Positions 37,245 through 49,633 of a stretch of 64,000 bases of DNA are shown in pieces (position 1 is the first letter of the stretch; each line of letters starts with the position of its first letter). The stretch covers positions 73,224,001 through 73,288,000 of the forward strand of contig NC_086097.1 of assembly GCF_963921235.1 (NCBI RefSeq), read 5' to 3'. The DNA is from Mobula hypostoma. Taxonomy: Eukaryota. The position numbers and the translations under genes are program-made. The notes beneath the pieces are model-generated. The model saw only the letters and a list, made by a program, of their open reading frames with translations. It was not told the DNA's origin and ran no database searches.

Positions 37245-37469
37245 TACCTCTTCCTATAGATGCTGCCTGGCTTGCTGCGTTCACTCGCAATTTTAATGTG
37301 TGTGTTGCTTGAATTTCCAGCATCTGCAGATTTCCTCGTGTTTGCGAGAATATTTCCCGTGTTTATTTTAGTACTGATATCTCCAGGTACAAAGCAATTA
37401 TCTCATTTGTCTTATTAAATAGGCTTTTCATGTTGCATCCAGGCATAAAATTGTACTGTACACTAACAT

Positions 37470-37800
37470 TATACAATAATGCTGCAATAGCATTGGAAAT
37501 CAATGAAAAGCGGAAAATCTCAGCAGGTATCTATGAGAAGAGGAACAGAGTTGTTATTTCAATCAATAATCTTCTATCAGAATGGAATGAAGTTATCGGT
37601 GTAATGGGTTGAGAACAAACCAGGGAGAACAAAAGGAAGAGAAGAGTAAGCTAGGTTTGTGATTACAGTGGAACGGCAAGTGAATAAATATTACTGCTTC
37701 CTGTTTTTTGGAGAAAAAAGGTGGGGACCGTGGTTGTAATCCAAATGTTAAATTCCATATTGATGTAACTACCAGCTTCGATAAAGCTTCATTGCAAGAA
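37470..37800 (-). mobile_element. Ancient PLE terminal remnant
   Basis: Degenerate version of the PLE end. Reverse complement of 37545-37585 reads CTGATAGAAGATTATTGATTGAAATAACAACT. Confidence 0.45.
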
Positions 37801-37809
37801 TGTAGGAAA

Positions 37810-38060
37810 GTGTAGAGGTGCTGCTTCTCACAGCTGCATTAACTGGTTTCATTCCTGATTTTTGGTGTTGCTTATGTGGATTTTTCAAATGGTCCCTGTG
37901 ATTGCAGGGGTTTTCTCCCACGTACCTAAAATGTGCAGATTAGTAAATTAATTGGGAACTCTAAATCACCCCAAATATAGGTGGATAGTAAGTGAATAAG
38001 CTGAGGGGAACATTTTTTGGGGTCGATAGGATTTCTCTGAAAGCTGGCAGAGACTTGTAT
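37810..38060 (+). mobile_element. V-SINE-like element, decayed
   Basis: GTAGAGGTGCTGCTTCTCACAG head and layout similar to 30610-30930. Confidence 0.55.
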
Positions 38061-38436
38061 AGTTCTATCTTTGTCAATAGGAAATAAATATGGAGGAAAG
38101 GTCAAAGTGAGAATTAAGGTGAGAGGTGACCAGAAGTTTGGGGTCATGATAGGTGGCAAAGTGATAACCCTATTTTTGTTCGGTCTTCTCAATGTAATAG
38201 AGACTTTGTAATGAGCAGTGATTAAGTACAAATAAGCAATTGTTTATCCTGGGACGTACATTTAGGATTCCAGATGTGAGGAACAAAGAAGTGGAAAGGA
38301 TAGCTGTTGAATCTTCTGTATTTGCATGGAATGATATCATGGATGAGGGTGGCAGTGTGGATGCCAAAGTTGGTTATTATTTCAGTTAATAATACTGGGA
38401 AGAAATTGATAGGAGATCAGGAAGTTTAGTTTAAAC

Positions 38437-40890
38437 CAGTGGTTCCCAAACTTTTTTGGGTTACTGCCCCTTTGGCTCCAGGACCACAATTTTAGACCAT
38501 AACTTAGTAGTCCAACTATTCACTACTTAATTGCTTTTTCACTTCTCAATGAGATGGATGTGCTTGGTGCAGTTGATGAGAGTTTCTCAACGTCAGGATG
38601 AATGTCTCTCAAAGGAGTCTCAGACGCTCACATTCAATAATTTGCAGTCTGTTTCATCATTTTCACAGGAGTTAGGTGATTACACTAAAACTGCTCCACT
38701 AAATATGTTGTTGAAAAAGCAATAAAGAACTTTTTAACCTTTTTCACCATGCAGGATAGCATTCAAAGATTTATTTCTGCAACCAACATTCTTGATATGA
38801 ATTTTTGAACTTTGACTTTCGCTCAAAGTCATTTGTAGCAAGATCAGTTCTTCTTCCATCGTTCATGTTTATTCCTCATTACAAGTGTTCAGGATTTGAT
38901 TTATTACCCAGTCTGGAACTTGGATCAAGCAAAGATCCTGAGATCTCCCAAGTGGGCACAGTAAACTTGAAGATCGTCATCTGGTATTCTTCTTTCTCTT
39001 CCATCTTGGAGAAGCTCGGAAGTTGGAAAAGGTCGCAATGACCAACATTGCACTTAAAGAGGGTTAATTTGGACAGAAATGTGGAGACAACTGATTTGAC
39101 TTTGATATGATTCACATCATTTACTTGCATTTGAAAATTGATTTCATTAAACTTTGCAAATAATTCTGGAAAATAGGCAATGGCATGCCTTAATACTCGA
39201 GTTGATTACTGAATAAAGCGTTCCTGTCTTCAAAGAAATTTATCAGTTTCGAAAAGCTCATAAATGCATCCCTGATAGTTTCCTTTTGAGCCACCTGACT
39301 TCTGTGTGCAACAGCAAACGTTCAAACTAATATCATTCTCAATACAAATAATGCCGAAATAGTCGAGAATTGGGAGCATGGCACTTGGGTATATTTACTG
39401 CTGTGATAACAGTATCTGATGAATTGTGCAGCCAGTCACATAGGTTTTATACGACAAGATGCTCTCTGTGAATTATACAGTGAATGGTAAATATGCTTTT
39501 TGCAGCTCAAGAAAGTAATAACCTCACAGTGGTATCCTGTTATTGATCACGCCCACCTGTTGCACAAGCAAGAATATTGGTGAGCAGAATGTTCTTCTGT
39601 TTGAAATATTGCCTGAAATATTGACTCCCCCTTCATAACTGTTTCTAGTCTCCTTGCAAATAACAACTCTTGAGCTATGTTTTCAGCTTTTATGAAGTGA
39701 ACATAAACAAGAAGAAAAACATTTGTTGTCTGGCAAAGTTGACTCCTGAAACTTCAGAGCAAATTCTGTTATCCTAAGTATGTTGCATAATGTGTCTTCT
39801 ATACTCTCAAACATTTCATTTATTTGTCTTTGGACAGAATTGCTGCTGAGTGAAATCGCTTTATTTGGTCTGGTGACTTATGCAAAACCATACTCAGAGC
39901 CTCCGTTACTGCTGGTAGAATCAGTCCTTCAATTCTATGGAGCTCTCCAGATTTAGCAATGAAATATTGTGTGAAGCACGCAAACCATGACTGTTTTGTT
40001 GTGAAGTGCTGGCAAATGTGTTATGATTGTTTTCTGTTTTTATAAGTTTTCATGAAGTGGCTGAAAATGAGCCAAGTTCTGGTTTGCTTTATCATAGCAT
40101 ACTGTCTTCAAATTTTCAAGCAGCCTGGTTTCGTTGCCTCATTTGAAAAAACGTTTTCACACAGCAGACACATTGGCTGCTGATGGTTGAATGGTGCTGG
40201 TATAAACACATATTTCAGAATCTCCACACTATACTGTCTACAATTTTTGTTTGGTCTGTTTCTGCCATATCTGTTATGCATTAGCAAGTACGGTCAATCA
40301 CTTGTTGTTTATGTCCAACCTCAAGTGCTATGAACAATAAAGGGGGAAGTTATATTATAGCAGCTCGGGCAAAGCCTGATTCTGTCTGAAAGTACATAGT
40401 GGGGCAGTGACATTGAAAGAGCAGGTTTTGAATTTTACCCCATTGAACGCCATTCCCTAACTCGCAGGAATTACATCACTGCCTCTTTAGAGTATGGGAA
40501 TCATACTAGCTAACACTGCTGTACACTAGGGAATTGCAATAATGCATGGGCTGACTCCAGTAATAACACTATTTCTTCAGTTCCGATTTCTCATGTCATG
40601 CCAAATACAGAAGTATCACCTTGCTTTGCAACAACTATATTGCTTTTTGAGCAAAGTCTGAGAAAAGGGGTTGGCAAGAGATGACGTGATTACATGATCA
40701 TTGTAATCAATTATAAGGTGCTGAGGATCAAATGCTGATAATAAATAATATGTTAAATTAAGCCTCTAATCCCTTAGATGACCCCCTTTCTACCAAGCTC
40801 ACACCCAACTACTCCCTTTATCTTTATCTCTCCCTTAGAAACTTCCACTGTCCCCGGCTGGGGCAACATCACCCACTTTAGGAACTGCTG
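38437..40890 (-). mobile_element. hAT superfamily (Buster/Charlie-type) DNA transposon, full length, decayed
   Basis: 8-bp TSD GTTTAAAC (38429-38436, 40891-40898). TIRs CAGTGGTTCCCAAA and (reverse complement) CAGCAGTTCCTAAA. Transposase remnants are on the minus strand. Confidence 0.92.
38500..40268 (-). pseudogene. hAT transposase pseudogene (BED finger N-terminus; ZBED8/SCAND3-like family)
   Basis: Downstream of an ATG at 40268: CRQYSVEILKYVFIPAPFNHQQPMCLLCENVFSNEATKP (BED-finger-like). Also LQMQVNDVNHIKVKSVVSTFLSKLTLFK (38879-39130). Many stops and frameshifts. Confidence 0.8.
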
Positions 40891-41727
40891 GTTTAAACCA
40901 TTAATTACAACCGAGGAGAATCTCTGATAAAGATGAAATGAAGACTGAAAGTACAGAATTGGAAAGTAGGGACAAAACAGATGAAATTGGAAGAATGGAA
41001 TAGAGTTAGTAAAAGAAGCGTGTGGAAGTGCAATCGAGATAGGAACTTGTAAATTAGTGACAGTTTATTCCAAAAATTGGGAGAGAAATGTTGGGAGTTT
41101 ATGATGGATTATTAGAAGATGGAAGGCAGAATGTTGAGCAGTGTTGATAATTTCTACCTTGAGGTGGGAGCAAGCAGCTGAAAAAATTGAAGCAAAAGAA
41201 ATGACCTCAGTTGACCACCCTTTCTCCAATGTTCAACGTTTCTCATTCAGACTGAGACTCTTTTCTATTTAGTGTTGCCAACCTTTTTGTTCTATTTTCT
41301 CATCTTGTTTCTCTTCTACTCATTTACCAGATTTTGATAGCAACCTCTCCTCTAGTGAATACAGTACAAACTATCCATATTCTACGTAAGCTAAATAATG
41401 GAAGTTCAAATTGGACTGGAGATGTATATAGAAAGGTAATACCTAAGCTATTAGAATTTACGCACATTGAGTCAAAATTTCTCTCATGCTGCAGTGTTTA
41501 CTGTGAAATTGTGACATTGGATCAACTTATGATGGCTTAATTCCTATGCATGGCATACAAAATTCTGTACTGAACTTTCACTGACCCTCTATGTTCTTAG
41601 GTCCTGTAGTATCACCTAGGCATGTTGAGGCCCTAGGTGGTGTAGTGAGGAGGCCCTGCCCAGAAACGTTCCTGTCGACTTTTGATAGCCAGCCATCTTG
41701 AGGTGACGGCTTTGCAAATTATTTAGT

Positions 41728-42135
41728 AATTAGAATCAGGTTTATTATCACTGGTGTATGTAATGAATTTGTTGTTTTTTTGTGGCAGAAGTACAGTGCA
41801 AGACAAAAACAAATACTATACATTGAAAATTAATAATGCAAAAGAGGAAAAGTGAGGTAGAGTTCATGGGCCATTCAGATATCTAATGGTGTTGGAGAAG
41901 AAGTTGCTCGTAAAATGTTGAGTGGTTGTCTTCAGGCTTCTGTACCTTCTGTATGATGGTAGTACTATGAAGAGGGCATATCCTAGGTGGAGGGAATCCT
42001 CAATATTGGATGGCACAATCAAGAGGCACCATCTCTTGAAGATGTCCTTGATTCTGGGGAAGGTCGTGCTGGCTGAGTCTACAATTCTCTGTAGCTACTT
42101 TCAATTATGCGCATTGAAGCCTCTATATCAGATGC
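41728..42135 (-). mobile_element. Rex1/Babar-like LINE 3' end
   Basis: AGAATCAGGTTTATTATCACTGG tail (reverse complement) and GTCTTCAGGCTTCTGTACCTTCTG ORF-end region. Confidence 0.65.
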
Positions 42136-42759
42136 CACACTCTTACCACCCATTGAGTGAAGAAATTACCCCTCATGTTCCCCTGTTAGGGAGTATTCTG
42201 GAGTTTTGTGACTATAGCAGATATTAATTCAAATAAGAGCTAGTCATCAGTTCCTAATGTAAATTGTAACAGTAAATAGAAATTCAGAGCACATCTTTGC
42301 AAATAAACAATGCTGTCTGTAAGAGATGTGGTTTGCATATGCATGAGTTAAATGATAAGACACTGGGTTTGTGTAATTGGCCTGCAATAATTCACACAAC
42401 TATGGGTTTCATGGGGCTCTCAGTCATCTGAAATTTATAAAGTATGTGTTAATTGTTTTTTTTATCCCAACAAAGGCATTTGATCCTTCAGAGGTGCCTA
42501 TCAGTTACAAAATGTTGCCACTGTAAATATGTATGTCAAAAGGAACCATTTGTCAACCCAAAGTATTGAAGTAAACATATCATTGTAACAATTGAAATTG
42601 TATGAAATCACCTACTGTTACTTTTGATCTTGAGGGTCTAAGAATGTGATGTACTTTAAGTTGGTTGGACTGTACTGAGCATCTCCATGAAAATGTTGTG
42701 ATAAGGACTTCCATATCCACAACTCCAGTGTCTCTCTGGTGACTTTGATTAGTCACAAC

Positions 42760-43810
42760 ACTCCTTAAACATTTCACCTTTAAACCATGATGTCTAGTTT
42801 TAATCTCACCCAACCTCAGTAGGAAAAGTCTGCTTCCCTTTACCTTGTGTATACCCCTCAAAATTTTGTATTACACTATCAAATTCCCCCTCATTTTTCT
42901 ATGCTCTAGGGAATAATGTCCTAGCTGATTCAACCTTCCCCTGGAATTCAGGTACTCAAGTCCTGGCAAAATCCTTGTAAATTTTCTCTACACGCTTTCT
43001 ATCTTTTTGATATAGTTACTGTAGGATTGGTTAGATATGACCTAACACATAGAAAGCCACGTTGACTATCCCAAATCTGTCCCCATCTATGCAAATATCT
43101 GTATATCCAGTCCATTAGAATACCTCCCAATAACTTGCCCACTACTGATGTAGTGCTCATTGCTATTCAATTTCCTAGCTTATTTTTAAAGCCTTTCTTA
43201 AACAATGGAACAATGTTGGCAATCTTCCAGTCCTCTAGCACCTCATCTGTGGCTAAGGATTTTTAAAATGTCTCTGCTAGGGTCCCTGCAATGCCTGCAC
43301 TAGGCTCCCGCAGGGTCTGGGGGAACACCTTGTCAGGCCCCGGGGATTTATCCACCCTAATTTGGCTCAAGACTGCAAAACCCTCCTCCTCTATAAATCT
43401 GTGTACAGCTCATGAACTCACTGCTGATTTACCTCACTTCTATAGACTCTGTGTCCATTTCCAGAGGAAATACAGATGCAAAACATCTGTTTAAGATCTC
43501 CCCCATCTCTTTCAGCTCCATGTATAAGTTATCTTCTACTGGACAAATTTTGTTTGCTATCCTTTTGCTCTTAATATATCTGTAGAAGCCTTTGGGATTC
43601 TCCTTAACCTTGTCTATTTGAGTGACCTCATTCCTTCTTTTAGCCCTCCTGATTTCCTCAAGTGTTCTCTCAAATTTCTTATATTCAAGTACTGCATTTG
43701 CTCCTTCCTACCTATACCTGCTATACACCGCCTACTTTTTGTTAACCAGGCCTCAATATCTGTCAAAAACCAAGGTTCCTTAAACCTGTTATCCATACCT
43801 TTTATTCTGG
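42760..43810 (-). mobile_element. CR1 ORF2 fragments (internally deleted)
   Basis: Reverse complement gives RVDKSPGPDKVFPQTL (CAGGCCCCGGGGATTTATCCACC), EDWKIANIVPLFKK and NRFKEPWF. Confidence 0.8.
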
Positions 43811-44284
43811 CAGGTGGTTATGCAACCACTCTCCACCATACTGTACATCTTTTGAAATTTCTTAGTCTGGTGACGTGTCAAATCTTGTCAGTCTCCTAAT
43901 AAAGGTTAGCTGCCTGTGTGCCTTCTTGGTGATGTACTGGGCCTAAGATAGGTCCCTTGAGGTGATGACACCCAGAAACTTGAAACTGCTCACCTCTCAA
44001 TGAGGACTGGTATGTATTCTCCCAACTTCCTATTCCTTTTTTTTAATATAATTTTTATTGAGTTTTCAAAAAGAATACATGAAAAGATAAAATCTACCCT
44101 CCCCCCTCCCCTTAACCCTCCCCCCCCCCATATGTATAGTCCTACCTAAAAAGAAAAAAAGAGAGAAAAAAGAAAAGAACCGCCTGGATGTTGGAAGGTG
44201 TCCACATGCTCCATGGGATTCAAAATAAATTTGGTATAATTATTCGTGACTTTCCCCAAGGGACCAAGGTCTTTATTGGAGCAC

Positions 44285-47200
44285 TTAAATATGCCATCCT
44301 ATCTTTTGTAAATAAGGGCACCAAATATTCAAAAATGTTACATATTTATCTCTTAAATTATAAGTAATTTTTTCGAGTGGAATAGGACTAGCCATTTCAT
44401 TATTCCAACGATCCATAAATAAAAAGATTTCCAAGTAACTGCTATAGTCTTCTTAGCTACTGCCAATGCAATTTTTATAAATTCTTTCTGATATTTATTC
44501 AATTTAAGTTTCGGTTTTATCCCTTCAATATCACCTAATAGAAATAATACAGGGTTATGTGGAAGTTGAGTTCCAGTAATTTGTTCCAATAAGACTCTTA
44601 AATTTATCCAAAAGGGTTGAATTTTAAAACAAGACCAAGTAGAATGTAAAAAAAGTACCAATTTCTTGATTACACCGAAAGCATTTATCAGATAGATTTG
44701 AATTTAATCTATTTATTTTTTGTGGTGTAATATATAATTGATGTAAAAAAATTATATTGTACTAATCTAAGTCGAACATTTATTGTATTTGTCATACTGT
44801 CAAGACAGAGTCTTGACCAATTTGTTTCATCAATATTAATATTCAAATCTGTTTCCCATTTTTGCTTTGACTTGTGGGTTCCTTGTTTAATTGTCTGTTC
44901 TTGAATCAAATTATACATACAAGAAATAAATTTTTAAATTTTCCCTTTTTGAATTAAAATTTCAATTTCCTTAGGTATTGGCAAAAACATTGTTTGACCC
45001 AGCTTACCTTTTAAGTAAGCCCTTAATTGAAAGTAACAAAAGAAAGTATTATTAGATATTTTATATTTATCCTTTAATTGTTCAAATGACATCAATATAC
45101 CTCGTTCAAAACAATCTCCTATAAATTTAATCCCTTTTTGGTACCAATTATATAAAAGTTGATTGTCCATTGTAAAAGGAATAAGTCTGTTTTGAAACAA
45201 AGGTCTCCTTGCTAATAGAGATTTCTGTGTTTCATTATCATCATTTATCTTATTCCATAAATCAATCAAATGTGTTAATATAGGAGATTCTTTCTTTTCC
45301 CGTATCCATTTAGATTCCCATTTATATATAAAATCTTCAGGTTTATTTTCTCCTATCTTATCTAGTTCTATTTTAATCCATGCTGGTTTTTGATCATTGA
45401 AGAAAGATGCAATAAATCTAAGTTGATTTGCTTTATAATAGTTTTTAAAGTTTGGAAGTTGTAACCCTCCTAACCTAAATTTACATGTCAATTTTTGCAA
45501 TGATATTCTTGACATTTTACCTTTCCAAAGAAATTTTCTCACACATTTATTTAACTCTTGAAAAAATTTCTGTGGCAATTGTATTGGTAATATTTGAAAC
45601 AAATACTGTAATCTAGGAAATATATTCATTTTTACAACATTGACTCTACCTACTATATCATCCATTTGTCAAAATCTTCTTGAATTTTTTTCAACAGTGG
45701 TAAATAATTAAATTTATATAAATTCTTTACATCATTATCAAGTCTTATACCTAAATACTTTATACTATTTACCGGCCATCTAAATTAGGTTACTAATCGA
45801 CATTGACTATAGTCTCCTTTAGTAAGAGGTAAAATTTCACTTTTATCCCAATTTATTTTGTAACCTGATACCTTCCCATATTCATCCAATCTAGAAGATA
45901 GTTTATGTAACGAATGTTGTAGGTTTGTTAAATAGATCAAAACATCATCGGCAAAAAGATTAATTTTATATTCCTCCTGATTAACTCTAAAACCCATAAT
46001 ATCTGGATCAATTCTGATTAGTTCTGCTAATGGCTCTATCGCCGGTACAAATAAAGCAGGTGATAATGGACAACCTTGTCCATTTGACTTTTTAACTGGA
46101 ATGGTGTTGAAATTTGAGAATTTGTCACTACTTTAGCTTTAGGGTTAGAATTTAAAGTTTTAATCCAATTTGTAAAAGATGTTCCTAACCCATATTTTTC
46201 TAATACTTTAAATAAAAAATCCCATTCTAATCTATCAAATGCTTTTTCTGCATCCAAAGCTACTACTATACTCTTCTCATCCCTTTTTTGTGCCAAATGA
46301 ATTATACTGAGTAGCCGGGTTACATTATCTGCCAATTGTCTATTTTTAATAAATCCTGTTTGATCCATATGTATTAATTTTGGTAAATATTTAGATAATC
46401 TATTCGATAAAATTTTTGCTATTATTTTATAATCTGTATTCAATAAAGAAATAGGCCTGTATGATGTTGGTTTCATAAAGTCTCTGTCTTTTTTTGGCAA
46501 TACTATTACAATCGCTGTTGAAAAAGATTCTGGAAGTTTACGTATTTTTTCTGCTTGACGTATTAGTTCCATAAAAAGAGGAAATAATAAATCTTTAAAT
46601 TTTTTATAAAATTCAGGTGGAAAACCATCTTCTCCTGGAGATTTATTACTTTGGAGTGATCCTAAAGCTTCTTCAACAACTTTTAATGTAAAAGGCATAT
46701 CTAATCCCTTCTGTTCTTCCAAATTCAATTTTGGAAGAGAAATTTGTGATAAAAAACATTTCTATCTCATTAACATCATTTTGGGATTCTGATTGATATA
46801 ATTCAGAATAGAAATTTTTAAAAGTTTCATTTATTTCAAGAGGTTTATAAGATATTTTATTTGCCCTTGTTCTAATTGCATTTATTGTTTTGGAAGCTTG
46901 TTCTGTTTTCAACTGCCAGACAAGAATTTTATGTGCTCTCTCACCTAACTCATAATACCTTTGTTTAGTTCTTATAATTGCTTTTTCCGTTCTATATGTC
47001 TGAAGCGTATTATATTGTAACTTCTTATTAACAAGTTGTCTTCGTTTTTCTTCTGACATATATCTTTGAGATTCTTTTTCTATTTTTGTAATCTTTTTCC
47101 AATTGATCTAGTTCTGCCATATATTCTTTCTTAATTTTAGACGTATAACTTATTATCTGGCCCCTAAAATATGCTTTCATCGCATCCCATAATATAAATT

Positions 47201-48041
47201 TATCATCCACTGAATGAAAATTTGTATCCAAAAAAAATTGAATCTGCTTTTTCATAAAATCACAGAAATCTTGACGTTTTAATAATGTTGAATTAAATCT
47301 CCATCTATAAGCCACTTCTTCCTTATCAGCCATTATTATTGTCATTAATAAAGGGGAATGATCTGATAATATTCTTGCTTTATATTCCATATTTTTCACT
47401 CTGTGTTGAATATGCATTGATAATAGAAACAAATCTATCCTTGAGTAAGTTTTATGTCTATGGGAGTAGAATGAATAGTCTCTTTCTTTAGGATTGATTC
47501 TTCTCCATATATCAATCAAATTTAAATCCTTCATCAATGATAAAGTTAAATTTACTACCTTCGATTTTATAACAGCCTTGGTTGATCTATCTAAGACTGG
47601 GTCTAAGCAAAAATTAAAGTCTCCTCCAATTAATATTTTTTCATGTGCATCCGCCAAATTCAGAAAAGCTTCTTGTATGAATTTTGCATCATTTTCGTTT
47701 GGTGCATAAATATTCATAAAAGTCCATAATTCAGAAAAAAGTTGACAATGTATAATCACATATCTCCCCGTACAATCAGTTATTACATTTTGTATTCTAA
47801 TTGGTAACGTTTTATTGATCAAAATTGCTACTCCCCTCGCTTTTGAATTAAATGAAGCTGCAACAACACTTCCCACCCAATCTCTCTTTAGTTTCTGATG
47901 TTCTGTTTCTGTTAGGTGCATTTCCTGTAAAAAAGCTAAATCTATCTTCATTTTTTTAATATGTGTTAAGATTCTTTTTCTTTTCACTGGTCCATTAAGC
48001 CCATTAACATTAAAACTCAAAAAATTCAATAAATTAGTCAT
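44285..48041 (-). pseudogene. L1 ORF2p (APE endonuclease, RT, CCHC knuckle), frameshifted
   Basis: SFNVNGLN, NIYAPN, GGDFN, SRIDLF, SDHSP (endonuclease). KSPGEDGF, YRPISLLN, LDAEKAFD, LFADDVL (RT). CFRC...HSTWSC near 44630-44690. Confidence 0.95.
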
Positions 48042-48511
48042 TATTCTTAACAAAGTTACTCCAATCTAAAACATTACTTATCTTCTCAACTCTCATAGTT
48101 CCTTGGGGAATCTCTTTAACTTCACCATGTTGCTATGTGTTTCCCTCCCAACCTTCCAGGCAAAAAGAAAAGAAAAGATAGAAAGAATACAAAAGAAGAA
48201 AAAACAAAATACCCCCCCACTAATGTTGTGAATGAAAAGATACACAACACTACCCCCCTCCATTTTACGGGTCGTGGCAAAAGCCACGCTTGCACACATG
48301 ATTAACATAGCAATCGATCAGTGCTTCTTCCAGCTCCTCCGCAATAAAATAAAATTATATATATATATAGGCAAAATTAATGTTACTATTCCCAACTAAT
48401 ATTCCTCCAGTTTTAACCTTTCTTACCCCCCTCGTATAATTAATGATATATTTATACATTCATCCCCTTTCAAAAATCCATCAAGTCCATTCTTTAACCC
48501 AATCTTCATCT

Positions 48512-49633
48512 TCAATCTATCTCGCTCCCCTGGATTTGTTCTTGTATCTGGTGAATATTCAGAGAATCTCGCACAAACTGCTCTGCTTTCTGCTAGTCAT
48601 CAAAAAATCTTTTTTCTCCACCAGGCAAAAAAATCTTCAAGGTTGCAGGATAACGCAGTATAAATTGATAACCATGATCCCATAGGGTTTTTTTCACTGG
48701 ATCAAATTTCTTCCTTCTCTTCAAAAGTTCATAACTTATATCAGGGTAGAAAAAAACTTTGTTCCCTTTAATTATCAATGGCCCTTTTCTATCCTTGGCA
48801 GCTCGAGCAGCTGCCTGTAGAATCCTTTCCTTGTCTTGAAATCTTAAGAATTTTATTAAAATCGATCGTGGATATTGGTCATCTTTTGGTTTTGGGCGTA
48901 GAGCTCTATGTGCCCGCTCAATTTCAATTGGTCGAACCTCCTCTTCCATTTGCAAAACATCCGGGATCCATTTTTGAAAAAATTCTATTGGTTTTTCTCC
49001 CTCCGTACCTTCTTTAAGACCAACAATTTTAATATTATTACGTCTACTGAAATTTTCCAATATGTCCACTTTCTCCAAGAGTCGATTTCTTTCCGAGTTC
49101 CAGACAAGCAAATCATTTTCTGTTTTTTCCACTCTATCATTCATATGCCCCATTGCTCTTTCCATCTTTTGAAGCTTCTTATCCATTTTGTCCTGTCTTT
49201 CCATAACTTTATTTTAGCACATCTTCGTATCTATAAGCTCTTCTCTTACTTTTCTTAGTTCAGCCGTTAATTGCAATATAGCCTCTCTTATGTCTCTATC
49301 ATCTCCTTTACTTCCAATCGCTTCCAATTCTTCCTCCTCTTCTTCATCTGTGTTCTCTGCAGAATCCAATTCTGACTCTGAGTCATTTTCAATTGCAGTG
49401 GCTGTCGGTTCTTGTAGTTTGTGTTGTGTCGATTTGCGCATGCGCTCTTCTTTGCGCATGCACATTTCTGGTGCCTTCTTCGAAGAACCCGTTACCACCG
49501 CCATTGCTCCCTGTTCTACTGAAGGAGATCTAACCTGAGTCCGAGGCTCCATCGTTGCAGTAGGCCCTTTTTTCTTCCCCTCTCGCGGCTGCTTCACAAC
49601 AGCAGACTTCTTTTGTTGCAGTTTAGGAGGCAT
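48512..49633 (-). pseudogene. L1 ORF1p (coiled coil, RRM, CTD) with two in-frame stops
   Basis: ORFs 49214-49633 and 48593-49204 are in the same frame. Motifs LENFSRRNNIKIVGLKEG, IERAHR and FYPDIS...RRKKF. The frame stays open 26 more codons past the 48593 stop. Confidence 0.92.

Larger units (their letters stand above)
36708..37345. mobile_element. Inverted pair of PLE terminal repeats (minus copy 36708-37110, plus copy 37111-37345), each with a hammerhead motif
   Basis: 36715-36885 is largely the reverse complement of 37115-37290. Motifs lie at 36764-36799 (minus) and 37207-37244 (plus). Confidence 0.9.
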
